Of a DNA stretch of 64,000 nucleotides, positions 37,978 to 50,512 are shown piece by piece. The notes beneath the pieces were generated by a model. That model saw only the letters and a list, made by a program, of their open reading frames with translations. It had not been told where the DNA came from and made no database searches. This DNA comes from Lama guanicoe. Its lineage: Eukaryota. The number at the start of each line of letters is the position of its first letter. The stretch's first letter is position 1. The translations under genes were made by a program, and so were the position numbers. Where the stretch lies: contig MU053933.1 of assembly GCA_013239625.1 (NCBI GenBank), positions 3,650,470 to 3,714,469 on the forward strand. Reading direction: 5' to 3'.

Positions 37978-38519
37978 GTTCCAGTTTTCTTGTGGTTAAT
38001 GTTTCATGGTGCACATACACATATACCTATATTCTCAACTGATCTAACTCCTCATATTTAAAGTCTTCCTCTTGTAAAGAGCCCATGGTTGTTTCTTTTC
38101 TTCCCGTCAGGTAATTTTTGCCCTTAAATTGGAGTATTCAGTCCATTAACATTGACACAATGAGTCTAACATCCTGCTGTTTGTTTCTGTTTGTCACATT
38201 TCTTCTTTGTCCCTTTCTCCATTCTTGCCTTCTTTTAGATTTATAAAATATCTTCTATAATTCTATATTATCTCCTCTATTGGCTTTGTAGCTGTACCTT
38301 TTTATATTATTCTAGTGGTTACCCAGGAAATCGTGATATGCATCCTTAACCGATTCCAGTTTTTTTTTTGACAACTTCACAGTGTAAGAATCCTCTAAAT
38401 TAATTCCATTTACCAGCCCCATATTTTTACTGCACATATTTTTAAATTTACATATATGTACTGTTCATTGTGTCTAAGAACGTTTAGAGCTTTAGCTTTT
38501 TAAGCTTACATAGTTATCA

Positions 38520-39068
38520 AAGGAATAAAACCAACCACAAAATAAGAATTAACTCAAAAAGATACATACACCCTGCTATTAAGAGCAAGATTATTTGTAA
38601 TTACCAAGATATGGAAGCATCCTAAGTGCACATCAATAGTTGAATAGAGAATGAAGATGCAGCACATGTATATGTAATGGAATACAACTCACTCATAAGA
38701 AAGAAGGATACTTTGCCATTTGCGGCCATTCATTCATTCACTTTTTCTTTTTCACTTCAAAAACCAGAATTTTATAACTGGCAGAGACGTTTCCGTTACA
38801 TCAAAAACAACAGAATACCTAGAAATAAACTTAACCAAGGAGGTTACCTGTACTCTGAAAACCGAAATGACACGCAGAAATGGAAAGCTTTCTTGTGCTC
38901 TTGGATTGGAAGAATCAACACTATCAAAATGGCCACACTGCCCAAAGCAATCCAGACCCAACGCAGCCCCCACCAAAATACTCACGACACTCCTCACAGA
39001 ACTAGAACCAAGAATTCCAGAATTTATAAGGAACCACAAAAGACCCCCCACAGCCAAAGCAATCTTAT
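38520..39068 (+). mobile_element. Sense-strand L1 ORF2 fragments
   Basis: CSWIGRINTIKMATLPKAI is an L1 ORF2 motif; an L1 ORF2 3' end segment lies at ~38555-38730. Confidence 0.8.
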
Positions 39069-39069
39069 G

Positions 39070-40940
39070 TTGATCTCTTTTTTTTCTCTTTCTTCTTTCT
39101 GTTGTCTTTTCTTGTGGTTTGATGACTTAGAGAAGGTCCTTCAACATTTGTTGTAAAGCTGGCTTGGTGGTGCTGAAATCTTGTAGCTTTTGTTTATCTG
39201 TGAAGCTCTTGATTTCTCCCTCAAGTCTGAAGGAGAGCCTTGCTGGACAGAGTGTTCTTGGCTGTAGGTTTCCCCCTTGCATCACTTTAAATAGACCGTG
39301 CCGCTCCCTTCTGGCCTGCAGAGTTTCTGCTGAAAAGTCAGCTGATAACCTTGTGGGAGCTCCCTTGTATGTTATTTGTTGCTTCTCTCTTGCTAATTTT
39401 CATATTTTCTCCTTATCCTTAACTGTTGTCAGTTTGATGACTGTGTGCCTTGGTGTGTCCTCTCTGGGTTGATCCTGTGTGGAACTCTCTGCGCTTCCAG
39501 GACTTGGGTGACTGTTTCCTTTCCCAAGTTGGGGAAGTTTTCGGTTATTATCTCTCCAAAAATTTTCTCAGGTCCTTTCTTCTCTTTCTGGGACCCCTAT
39601 GATGTGAATATTAGTGCGCTTCATGTTGTTCTAGAGTTCTCTTAAATTATCCTCATTTCTTTTTTTCTTTTCTTCTGTTCTGCAGCAGTGATTTCCACTA
39701 ATCTGTCTCCTAGCTCACTGATCTGTTCTTCTGCCTCATTTAGTCTGTTCTTGGTTCCTTCTAGAGTGTTGTCCATTTCAGTGATTTTATTCTTCAACTC
39801 TGTTTGGCTATTCTTTATATTTTCCAATTCTGCTAAAAACTTCACTCTGTGCATCTATACTCCTCTTGAGTTCTCTGAACATCTTGGCCATCATTACTTG
39901 AAACTCTTTCTCAGATAAATTACCTATCTCCTCATCACTTACTTCTTCTTCTGGGATTTTAGCTTGTGCCTTGGCCTGGGAGATACTCCTCTGCCACCTC
40001 GTATTGTCTGTCTTTCTGTGTGTTTGTGGATTTCCTTCCACAGGCTTTGGGATTATTATTTTCTTATTTCTAGTATCTGCCCCTGGTGGATGAGGCTGGA
40101 CTAGAGGCTTATGCAGGTTTTCTGACAGGAGGAGCCAGCGCCTGCCCACTGCTGGGTGAAGCTCGGTCCTGGACCTCTGGTGGGTAGGGCCGTGTCTAGA
40201 GGCCTCTGTGGCTCAGGAAGTCTGCTGATGGGTGTGGCTGTGTTCCCACTCTATATTGTTTGGCCTGAGGCTTCCCTACAGGCTGTTGGGTGGGACTCGG
40301 TCTTGGTGCTGATGATCCAGTCAAGATCCTCAGCCTCCAGGAAAGCTCATGTAGATTAACACTCCTGGAATGTCCACCACCAGCTTTTATGTCCCCTGAG
40401 TGAGCCGCAGCCGTCCCCCACGTCCCTAGGAGACCCTCCAAATCCAGCAGGCAGGGCTGGCTCAGGTTCCTATGAAATCACTGCCTCTGCCCTTGGACCT
40501 GATGCACGTGAGTTTCCGTGTATGTTTCCCAAGCAAATGGAGTCTCTGGTTCCCCCTAGTCCCATGAGGCTCCCAGAGCCAAGCCCCCCTGGCCTTCAAA
40601 GCCAGATGTCCTGGGGTCTCCTTCTCTTCCCAATGCTGGAACCTGGGTTGGGGAGCCTGACTTGGGGTCATAACTCTCACTCCTGTGGAAGGGCCTCTGC
40701 GACTAAACTGTTCTTGCGCTTGTGGATCGCCTGCTCTGGGGTATGGGGCCCAATTATATCGTGAGCACAGCCCTCCTACCGTCCTGCTGTGGTTCCCTCT
40801 TTATGTTTCCATTTGCAGAAGATCTTTTTTGCTGGGTTCTAGTCTTTTTTCAATGGTTGTTTAGCATTCAGTTGTGGTTTTGTTGTAATGGCGAGGAGAG
40901 GCAAGCTTGTGGTCCTGCCACTCTGCCATCTTGACCAGAA
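39070..40940 (-). mobile_element. L1 5' UTR and ORF1 remnant
   Basis: ORF1 coiled-coil peptides on the minus strand (LENIKNSQTELKNKITEM...RLNEAEEQISEL; EEIGNLSEKEFQVMMAKM). Confidence 0.85.
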
Positions 40941-42519
40941 ATTACCAGTCCCATTTTTGTCCTGTTGTTGTAACATATTTCACTTCCATATATGTTATAA
41001 ACCCCACAGTTGATTATTATTGTTTCTCTATACTATAAGAAGTCTTTTTTATAAAATGTAAGTAAGAGTGTTACCCACATATTTACCTTTTTTGTGGACT
41101 TTGCACCTGTCACTCTGGCAAGCGTTAAAGACAGTTACTGCGTGCATTGCAGGTGAGGCATGAAGTGCTGCACCCTTTATGGGAAGAATCTGACAAAGGT
41201 GTGAAAGAGAGCCACGCTCCTGGTTCAGCCCTGTCAGACTGTCCCATAGAGGTTCAGGGGTAGGGGTGAGCGGGTGACGATGTCGGGGAGCAGGGACAAG
41301 GTCGAGGCTGATTTGAAAGGAGTCGGAGGATACAAACAAGCAGCTGTTAAAATGAAGAAGACGACAGCAGGTGCTTAAAGGCGTGTTTGACCTCCTTAAT
41401 AACCAGAGAGATGATTTCTCCTCATCTGATTGGCAGGGTTGCCATGGTGATGTCCATTGCTGACGAGGGTGCAGGAACGTCAGGGCTTCCTCTCCTGCTG
41501 TCCATCCCGCTCACATGTAGGGGTGACCGTCCACCCTCCAGGAAGCAGCTGGTGGGGGACTCAAAACCCACAAAAGACCTCGATCCGTTAGTTTCACCCT
41601 CAGGATTTTATCCCAAGAAAGTTATCAGGGACAGACTGACTAATATTAAAGTAAGTTTATCTCAACACAATTTATAATAGTAAAACCTGAAAATAGTCTT
41701 AAGTATCCAAAACTGGGAGGTTTGTTAAATAAGTTACAGTAATTTATAGGATGAAATACTATCAGATACTTAAGATGTGTTTAGAAGTATCTTTCAGAAT
41801 GAGGAAAAAAGTTCAGAAAGGTGGAAAACGTGTCATTAGGCAGAATTGTGTGACCCCAGCAAACCCTGTGTAAGGAGTGTCATGTGTACTGAAGAAAGCG
41901 TGAAATGCTGTCGTGTTATCGTATCACCAGCGTTTATCTGACCAATGAGTGAGATTACAGATGGTTTTAATTTTCCTGTGTGCTCTTGTGCTTTCGCACA
42001 TTTTCTAAAGCGAACATGAGTGATGTTTGTGTTTAGGAAGATCTGTTTACATGTGTGTTTGGGGGTGGGGTTCTGGGTTCGGCTCCAAGGTGACTTCCCG
42101 CAGGCCGGTTCTGACGTGAAGCGGTTGGGCCATGGCCCCAGGGTGTGAGGCGCCTCTTCTGGGCCTTGGGCGGCCCATGTCAGCGGCGGGGCTATCCACG
42201 GGCCACCCCGGCAGCACTCTGTAGGCCTTGGCACGTCACCTAGCTCTACCCTGGGTCTGACGAGGCCCCTGCCTCCTGGGCTGGTCATCAGTCTGAGGAA
42301 GTGCTGCTGTCACCGCGTCTGTTACTGAGTAGATGCTCAAGAGTGCCTCTTCCTGGTTTATTTTCCTGATGCTCTCAAACCATCTTGTGCTAGAGACGGA
42401 GAGTCAAGATGGAGGGAGGGTGTGATCCCTTGACTCTGCTGGTGAAGATGACCTGAAATGTTTGTGCAATACAGACGTGGTCACATGGACTTGATGTGAA
42501 ACCATACCGATTACCTAGA

Positions 42520-42652
42520 GCCAGAAAACAGAGAGACTGAGAGAGACTGGGGGAGAGAGAGAGACAGAGACGGAGACTGGTGGAGACCCGAGGAGAGAGA
42601 GAGAGACAGACAGACAGAGACAGAGACAGGGGAGTGGGGAGGGAGAGGGAGA
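42520..42652 (+). repeat. Purine-rich (GA/GACA)n microsatellite
   Basis: gagagagagagacagagac...gacagacagacagagacagagac, ending about 50 nt upstream of a PRMT2 acceptor. Confidence 0.85.
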
Positions 42653-42701
42653 CGGCATGTGGGAGCCCACAGTCATCTCCTGTCCCCCTCAATCTAAGCA
42701 G

Positions 42702-42809
42702 GAGGGGGAGGACCCTGTGGAGCCGGGCGAGGAGGAGCACCCCCAGGGGACGGAGTGCCTGGAGGAGTTCGTGGCCATCGCGGACTATTCTGCCACCGAC
42801 GAGACACAG
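42702..42809 (+). CDS. PRMT2: PRMT2 coding exon 2 (EGEDPVEP...EEFVAIADYSATDETQ), start of SH3 domain
   Basis: aagcag| acceptor and |gtagcc donor; SH3 VAIADY motif; start could shift by 3 nt (tandem NAG). Confidence 0.9.
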
Positions 42810-43441
42810 GTAGCCGTGTGGGCCATGCCTTAGGGCTCAGCGTGTTCAGTGACAGAATTAGACGTAAGTTTTGCAGAAGTTGTACCAGATTTAAAGAAAG
42901 AAGTGTTCAGATACTTAGAGCCACCCGGAACCTGTGAGTGACTCTCCCAGCCTAGGATATTTGGATCCAGGCCTGATGTGGAAGACCCCGGGTGAGGAAG
43001 GGGAGGAGGGAATTTCTGCTCGGAAACCATTATTTAGAAGCTATTCTAGTCAGTGAGAAATTGGGTGTGAAATAAAAGTATCCGCTTGAATGTAGCTTTC
43101 TCTACTTTGTAACAGAAATGTCCTAGCGTGAACCCCAGTTACCACCTGGTTACGGTGGAGGGGCTGTTAGAAATTCTGTTCTGAGAAATTTAAGCTGTTT
43201 GAAAATGTTAAATCTTTTTAAAAAATCAATTAAGCTACGCTTTTGTTTCATGTGGATGTTCCACAAAAATCTCTAAATCCTGGAATCATGTTTGTAAACT
43301 CAGTTGGTGTCATTACCCATTGACTCCTTTTTGGAATCACAGTGATTTGGGCCCCAGTGATGGGGGATTTCTCCCTGAACTATAACTGAGATGCCAACTA
43401 CAGGTCGTCCTTTAATTTTCACTTCCGTATGTGTTTTGTAG

Positions 43442-43624
43442 CTCAGCTTTTTGAGAGGAGAGAAGATCCTCATCCTGAGACAGACCACTGCAGACTGGTG
43501 GTGGGGCGAGCGGGCCGGCTGCTGCGGGTACATCCCAGCGAACCACCTGGGGAAGTGCCTGGAGGACTGGGGCCCCGAGGACTCCTGGCAGGACGAGGAA
43601 TACTTCGGCAGCTACGGGACCCTG
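43442..43624 (+). CDS. PRMT2: PRMT2 coding exon 3 (LSFLRGEKILILRQTTADWWWGE...QDEEYFGSYGTL)
   Basis: SH3 WW and GYIPANH motifs plus the YFxxY helix; ttgtag| and |gtactg. Confidence 0.97.
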
Positions 43625-43769
43625 GTACTGCCCCTACCCTGTCCAGCTGGCCGCGGCAGCTGCTTCTCCCCAGTTGTAGGTTCTCACTGTAAAAAATAAT
43701 TTCTGGGCTGCTCACCGCTCGGAGCAGGCCCCCCCGCCGTCCGAGTGCCGAAGCAGCTGTAAAAATCAA

Positions 43770-43964
43770 GTGAGCAGGGCTGTACTCCGACAAACCTCAC
43801 CTGTAGACACTGAAATCTGCATTTCATAGGATTTTCAAGTGTCACATTCTTCTTTTGATTTTTAAAAACCATCAAAAATATGTAAAAGCTATTCTTAGCT
43901 TGCAAGCCATACAGAGCAGATGGTGGGCTGGACTGGCCCACGGGCTGTAACGTGCTGACCCTTG
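43770..43964 (+). mobile_element. MER58B-like hAT-Charlie fragment
   Basis: cactgaaatctgcatttcataggattttca...ctattcttagcttgcaagccataca...ggcccacgggctgta...gctgacccttg. Confidence 0.65.
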
Positions 43965-46900
43965 TTTAGAGATACTATCTTAGTGCTGGGATTATGAACT
44001 TTTCTCAATATTTTTTTAAAAGTAATAAATTTTACTTAAAAAACAAATTACGAAAAAGTTGCACGAGTCAACAGTAGTGTGTGTGACAGGTAGCTCATTG
44101 GTGTGTGTTTCTGTCTGGGTAAAGACCCCCAGCCCTGCGGTCCGCGCAGCCCCTGTTTATACTTTAAAGCAGATAAAGCAGATGCTTGCACGACGCATGT
44201 TGCAGCTGGAGTGTTGAGCGAAAGAAGCAAGACATCAGAGGGTATCTTACATTTGATTCAATCATATGAGTGAGAAGGCAGCATTAAAAGGTATTGTTAT
44301 GAACATTTATGTGAAACTCTAGTCAGGGACATGGCTCCCTTGAGGATGTGGGTGGTGGTTCCTGGAAAGAGAGAGTCCGTGTTCAGCGGGTCCAGGTGGG
44401 AAGGGCCGGGTGCCGGCAGGGTTCTGGGATTGGCTGCTAGAGAGTTTGCGATGTAGCTATGTTGGATAAGCTCCGCAGGCACTGTTTAATGTACATTTTG
44501 TGGACATGTCATATTTCACAATTAAGAACGTTAAAATAAATGAGAAAGCACTGACTGTGTACACGTTTAGCAGTTTCCATCTGTTAAGAAAGACGTAATG
44601 GAAACCCAGGGTTTGTCTCCTCGCTCTGCTCTTAGAGACTCCTTTCAGCAGGTGTTCTACCAAGTCTGCGCTGTATCTGTTTTGTTCTCTTAAATTCATA
44701 GGGAAAGATGTTTCTCCACACGCTTTTCACCTTGCTCTTCCCATGTAGCTGTAATTACTGTGGGCTCTTCCGTACAACAGCTGCAGAGTATTGTGTTGAT
44801 TTCAAAAGGCCCGTATTTGCTTATTTAATGGCTTTTTATCATGACCAGCGAGGCTGTGAGGGATGCCCTCCTGCACAGATCCCGCTAAGCCTGTGCTAGA
44901 GTTTCCTGGGTAAATTCAAGGGGTGTGTTATGTGTTTTCACTTGGGTGAGTCTTGCCGAATCGCCCTCCAGAAAGATCCACTGATTTTACACCTACCAAT
45001 GGCGTGAGACTGTATGTTTCACGACCACAAGCCATCACAGTGAGAAAAGATTTCCAGTCTTAAAGGTGAAAAGGTGTCACGATTTTGATTTCCATTTTGT
45101 AACGAGAGGTTGATGGTTTGTCGAATTTGATGGGTCTTTTGCATCTTGCTTTCTTGGTGCGCTTTCATATAATTTGGTTTCCGTCAATTTATGTGTTAAA
45201 TAGGCAGTTTCGCTTGTACTTATGGTCTGTGTCACGCCTAAAGAGTTTGCCACTCTTTTTTCCCTGTGGAACCTTTTTTCTTTATGTGGTCTAATCTATC
45301 CTTTGTTTTTTAAAATAGCTTTTGGGTTTTGCATCCTACTTTCAAGGCCTTTTTCACTCCAAGATTATAAATTTCCATGCATTCTTTTAGAACTTTTATG
45401 ATCCCATTTTTAGCAGTGAAATATTTGAATCGATCTGGAATTTACTTGCTGTAAAGAATAAGGAGAACTTCTGACTTAATTTCCCCACACGCGTCCAGCT
45501 GTTGCAGTGATTGGATAGTCTCCCTTTTCTGTGCAGCATAAAGTGCACACCTGTCGTATGTTAAGCCTCTGTGGTGTGTTCTGGGGTCTCTTGTTCCGCT
45601 GGTCGTTCGTTTCTTCTGCGGCGCGTTCCAGATGCTTCTCATCGCTGCAGCTTTTCAACAGCTGGAAGACCGAGGCCTCTGGCAGTTCTGCTTTTCAGCA
45701 GTTTCCTGGCTAGCCTTGTCTGTTTATGTTTTTTAAGTAACTTTATTGCCTTTTTCCGTGCTTCCCCTCCCCCTGCCAAGTTGGTTTGCCTTTTACCGTG
45801 TTGCAGAGAAAGAGCGTTAATTTAGGGAGAAGTGGCAAGACACTGACTCTCCTCATTTCTTACGCCTTACGTTATGTCTCTCTGAGTTTCAGGGTTTTGC
45901 GCAAACAGGGTTTGTGTACTTTCCAGTTAAATCTGTTCCTGGGTACTTTTGTGCATTATCGTGAGTGGCAGGGTGAAGTGTTCTTTCAGCTCAGTGGGGT
46001 TAAGCTGGTTGACGGTGTTGTTCACGTCTGTGTCTCTGCTGATCTCCTTCCACCGACGACTGAGAGACGGGTGCTACGTCTCTGACGGTAGTTGTGAACT
46101 TGTCCATTTCTTGTTGCATTCCTGGTAGCTTTTCTTTATGTATTTGGAAGCCCTGTTACTAGACGCAGAACTGTTTGGAATGACCATGTCCTTTTGCTGA
46201 AGTGACTGCGTGTTATTAGGACCTGACGCTCTTCCTGGGAACACTCGCGCTCTGCTTGCATCCTGTCTGCCGTGGGCACCGCCCTGCCAGCCTACCCCCT
46301 GCCGGCGCCTCTGTGTCCTGGCTCTGACTTCCCGTCACGGTGGATGCTGCTGGTGGGATGGCTGGGTCTTACTCTGTCTGTCCTCACAGCCCCGCTCTGT
46401 CCATCTTTTGAGGAGCCATGTGGGCTTGTGAGGGCCGTGCAGACCTTCTGTTTGTGCTAATGCAGCTTGAGACCCGTGGAGTGGGGCATGGGGACGGAGC
46501 GGTGGGTGCAGCGCTGCTGGCAGCCGGGGCTCTGACCACCTGCTGTGGCTTTGCAAAGCATCTGGGGACTGGCCCGATTCCCACGGGGTGTGCCCTCAGA
46601 TTTTGGGGTTTCCCCTGGACGTGGCCGGGGTCCCCGAGCTCACCCCCAAGGGTCAGTGGGTTATCACCTCCCTCCAGAGCTGCAGTTTCTGCTCCCCAAG
46701 CCAGTGAAGGGCAGTTTATGTGAGAGGACTCCTGGGCGCTGCGTGAGGAGGACCCTCGTAGGGCCCTGGGTGCCCCTCCCGGGCTCGTCCTGTTCTCCCC
46801 TGGGGGATCTCGGCCAGGCTGTGTCTGGTTGGGAAAGTGGCAGTGCCTCCTGTCTCAGGTGGGAGCGGTGGCCAGCAGGGCGAGAGCCACACTGCCTCCG

Positions 46901-47148
46901 CGGTCCACACCTGCTTCTCTGCCTGCCTGGCTCTTGGGGCGTGGGTACAGGGGGAGCTACTGGTAGGATTCTGGAAACTCCCATCTCATTCCTTCACTGT
47001 CCACTCTTACTTGTATCTGTTGGCATATTTTGGTCTCTGGATTTTTTAAACCTCTTTGTTGCCCTCATTTTTACGTGTGTGGTGTTGGGGTTAGGGGTTG
47101 AGTCAGGCTCTAGCCTCCATCTTAAGCCAGAGCTTGCCACAGCTCTGA

Positions 47149-47442
<294 letters not shown>

Positions 47443-48265
47443 TGAGCCCGCCAGGGCCTGGGCTGTGGGTTTAATGAGCTGCAAATAGTGCAGAGTGGAA
47501 CAGGATAGGACAGAAAATCTGAGTGAGACGTGTCTGGAGGGATGTGTCTGTGAAACGTTTGTTTCAGGGACTCGAGGAAATTCATGTGTGTCCACGTGTC
47601 TCGGCCATGCCACCTGCACATCACTGTCCCAGTGCCGGGCCGCCCTGGCGGTGACACCTGGCAGGGACAGGACGGACCACCCTCCACAACTCATGCTGGG
47701 CCCCTGTCCTCCCTTGAAAGCCTGCCTGGGCCGTGCAAGGTGCAGCCTCCTGATGGCCCAACACTGGTGGATGAAACTCCTAGTTTACAGTGGGCCTGCA
47801 GTGCAGGGACCGGAGCCGAGCCATAGCACTCAGGACCTTCTAGGAACCTGGATTTGTCATTAGCCACTGGTAGCCTGCAAGTACCTGGGCTCAGTCGAGT
47901 GCCAGGGACCTCCTGTGGCACTTACAGACTGTGTTGCTGCTTGCACGGGAGCCAGGCCTCTGGGCCTTCCCCGGGGCTCGGGGGTGGGCAGCCCGTGGAT
48001 GCAGAGGCTCCTGCCCACCTGCAGCCCCATGTCTGCGTTTTAGGCAGAAGGTGGAGTTAGGATTAGAGGCAGCTCCTTCCTGGGGTCCCTGTGGTGGGCG
48101 GAGCGGGGGACTGGCTGCTGCCATCCAGAACATGCCTTCGTTCTGCCGCTGTCATTTTCTCTGACGCTGATTCTGACTCAGGCGAGGTGACTCAGGCTTG
48201 GGCAGAGTGACAGCGGGCCTCAGCCTGGGGCCGAGATGCTCCAACAGTGCTTCTGTCACATGCAG

Positions 48266-48430
48266 GTGTACGCGGTGGAGGCCAGTGAGATGGCCCAGCA
48301 CACAGGGCAGCTGGTCATGCAGAATGGCTTCGCTGACATCATCACCGTGTTCCAGCAGAAGGTGGAGGACGTGGTACTGCCGGAGAAGGTGGATGTGCTG
48401 GTGTCTGAGTGGATGGGGACCTGCCTGCTG
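48266..48430 (+). CDS. PRMT2: PRMT2 coding exon 5 ([10 protein letters not shown]...[15 protein letters not shown])
   Basis: Post-I VYAVE, motif II and first catalytic Glu (SEWMG); tgcag| and |gtaagg. Confidence 0.97.
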
Positions 48431-50399
48431 GTAAGGGGCCTGGGATAAGGTGTGGATGGCTGGGGGGCGGCAGAGACTGCTGCGGTGGCTGGTCTGGTCT
48501 CTGGAATCTTCACAAATCATTATTAATTTTGACTTTCTTCCTAAGGGATGTGTAATTGATTTCCTGTATGACCATTGGCTCAGTAGCTTGAATTTTTAAC
48601 TGATTGAAAACATGCCTTTGTGAGGAATCTAAGTCAAAGTTAATGCAACTTTCTTGTGAGTGATTACATAAATTCTGTTGTCTCTGGGAACCTGTGGGTA
48701 TCCAGTGTTTAATGTATTAGGCTGTTCTTTTAATACCAGCAAAGTCTGTCATGTGTCCCCAGCCTGGTCTCCCCTGTCCCTGCAGCTCCCAGTTAGTGTC
48801 TGTGAGGCTCGCCAAAGCCCGAGTTCTCCATCTTTCTTCCCCCGGTGTCACACAGGCAGGGTGGAGAGTTCGAGTTCTGCGCACCTCCCTGCACAGTGGC
48901 TTCTGGGCTCACAAACTCTGCTCCAAGACAAGCGAGATGTGGGAGGGAGCTGGGCTGGCAGGAACATGGGACCCTCCTAGGACCCTCAGTCCAACCCCCT
49001 TTCCTGCTCAGCATCTCAGGATCTGAGACCTTGTGGCAGAACAGCCCAACCTGGGCTTCAGTCTCTGTAAAAACCTAGAAAAACGGCGTCTGGGTGGAGT
49101 TGAGGGGAATGCCACCAGTGTTTCCAGCAAGAAACCTGTTTAAATCATAAGGGAGCAGCTTATGTGAATAATAGAATGTTGCCGCTGGCTTCTTACAGAT
49201 TGCAGAGATTGAGGAAGATGACAGCAGTGACACTGGGTCTTGACTGTTGAAATTACGTTGTCTGGAAATAAAGTGTAAACAGACATGCTTATCTGTAATC
49301 TGGGGTGTAATCTGTGGATTCGTGAGATGACACACGGGAAAATAGAACTAACCACACCTTTAGTCATAAGGTGGTCATTGGCCTCTGCCCCGAAACACCA
49401 GTGTCCATTCACTAAATGTTACTGGGCACCCTGGGGTGATGGGAGCTGGGGAGCCAGACTGTGGACACTGAGGACAGGGGGACAGTGAGGACAACTGGGG
49501 TAGCGGGTCACTCAGGACGAGGTGTCCAGTCACATGGTGCTGGGAGTCTGGTGGTGGTGTGCAGACCAGGAGGGGCCCGTGTGGTGACTGTTGTCAGGCT
49601 AAGTGGTAGACGTGGCGACAGGAGGTTGGGCATCTGGCAGGGTCACAGCTTCATCAGTGGGACCACCCTCATCCTATGCAGAGCCCTGCATCCCTGGGGC
49701 TGCCCTTCCTGTCCATTGCCTGTTCCCAGAGCTCAGACCTCTGGGCCCCAGTCTCCCGCCTGTCTTCCTACTCTACTGCTTGACATGTAGAAAGCTGGGA
49801 AACAAACCCAAATGTATGTGCACTTGGTTTATAATAAGAAGAGGTTTCCAATCATTGAGGTAAGGATATAGAATCCTTCAAAGATGGTGCTGAAGCAGTT
49901 GATTATTTTGGAGAAAATGTTTTGATCCTTCCTCACACCATATGCTAAAATAAGTTCCAGATGGGTTATAGACTTAACCTTTTTTTTCCTAAAGAAAGAA
50001 ACATAAAACAGGTGCTAAAAATTTGATCTGATGTTGGGATGGGAAGCTCTTTGTAAGAACAAAGCACGTAGAGAAGCTAGAGAATATTTGATTTGTTTTT
50101 CAAGACCAGCACTACCCTAGTGTCAAAAGCAAAATTAGTGCAAAAAACATAACCTACAGACCAATAACACTTATGAACTAAGTGTAAGAATCCTCAGAAC
50201 ATTAGAAATTGAATCCAGCAATACATAAAAAGAGTAATACACTGCTGCAAAGGAGAGATTATCTTCAGAATTCAAGGCTGGTTCAATATTTTAAAATCAG
50301 TCAATGTAATCCACCATATTAACAGTCTAAGGAAGAAAAATCACAGGGCTGTACCAATTAATGCACAAAAATTTTGACAAAATATTTGAACAATTTCTA

Positions 50400-50512
50400 A
50401 TTTCTTTTTTAAAAATTCTTTTATTTGATTATTTTTTTTTAACAGAGGTATGGGGATTGAACCCAGGACCTTGTGCATGCTAAGCACGTTCCCTGAGCTA
50501 TACACCCTCCCC
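50400..50512 (-). mobile_element. tRNA-derived SINE (camelid-type)
   Basis: Minus strand reads ggggagggtgtatagctcag...gcttagcatgcacaaggtcctgggttcaatcccc; Pol III A/B-box-like; A-rich tail. Confidence 0.8.
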
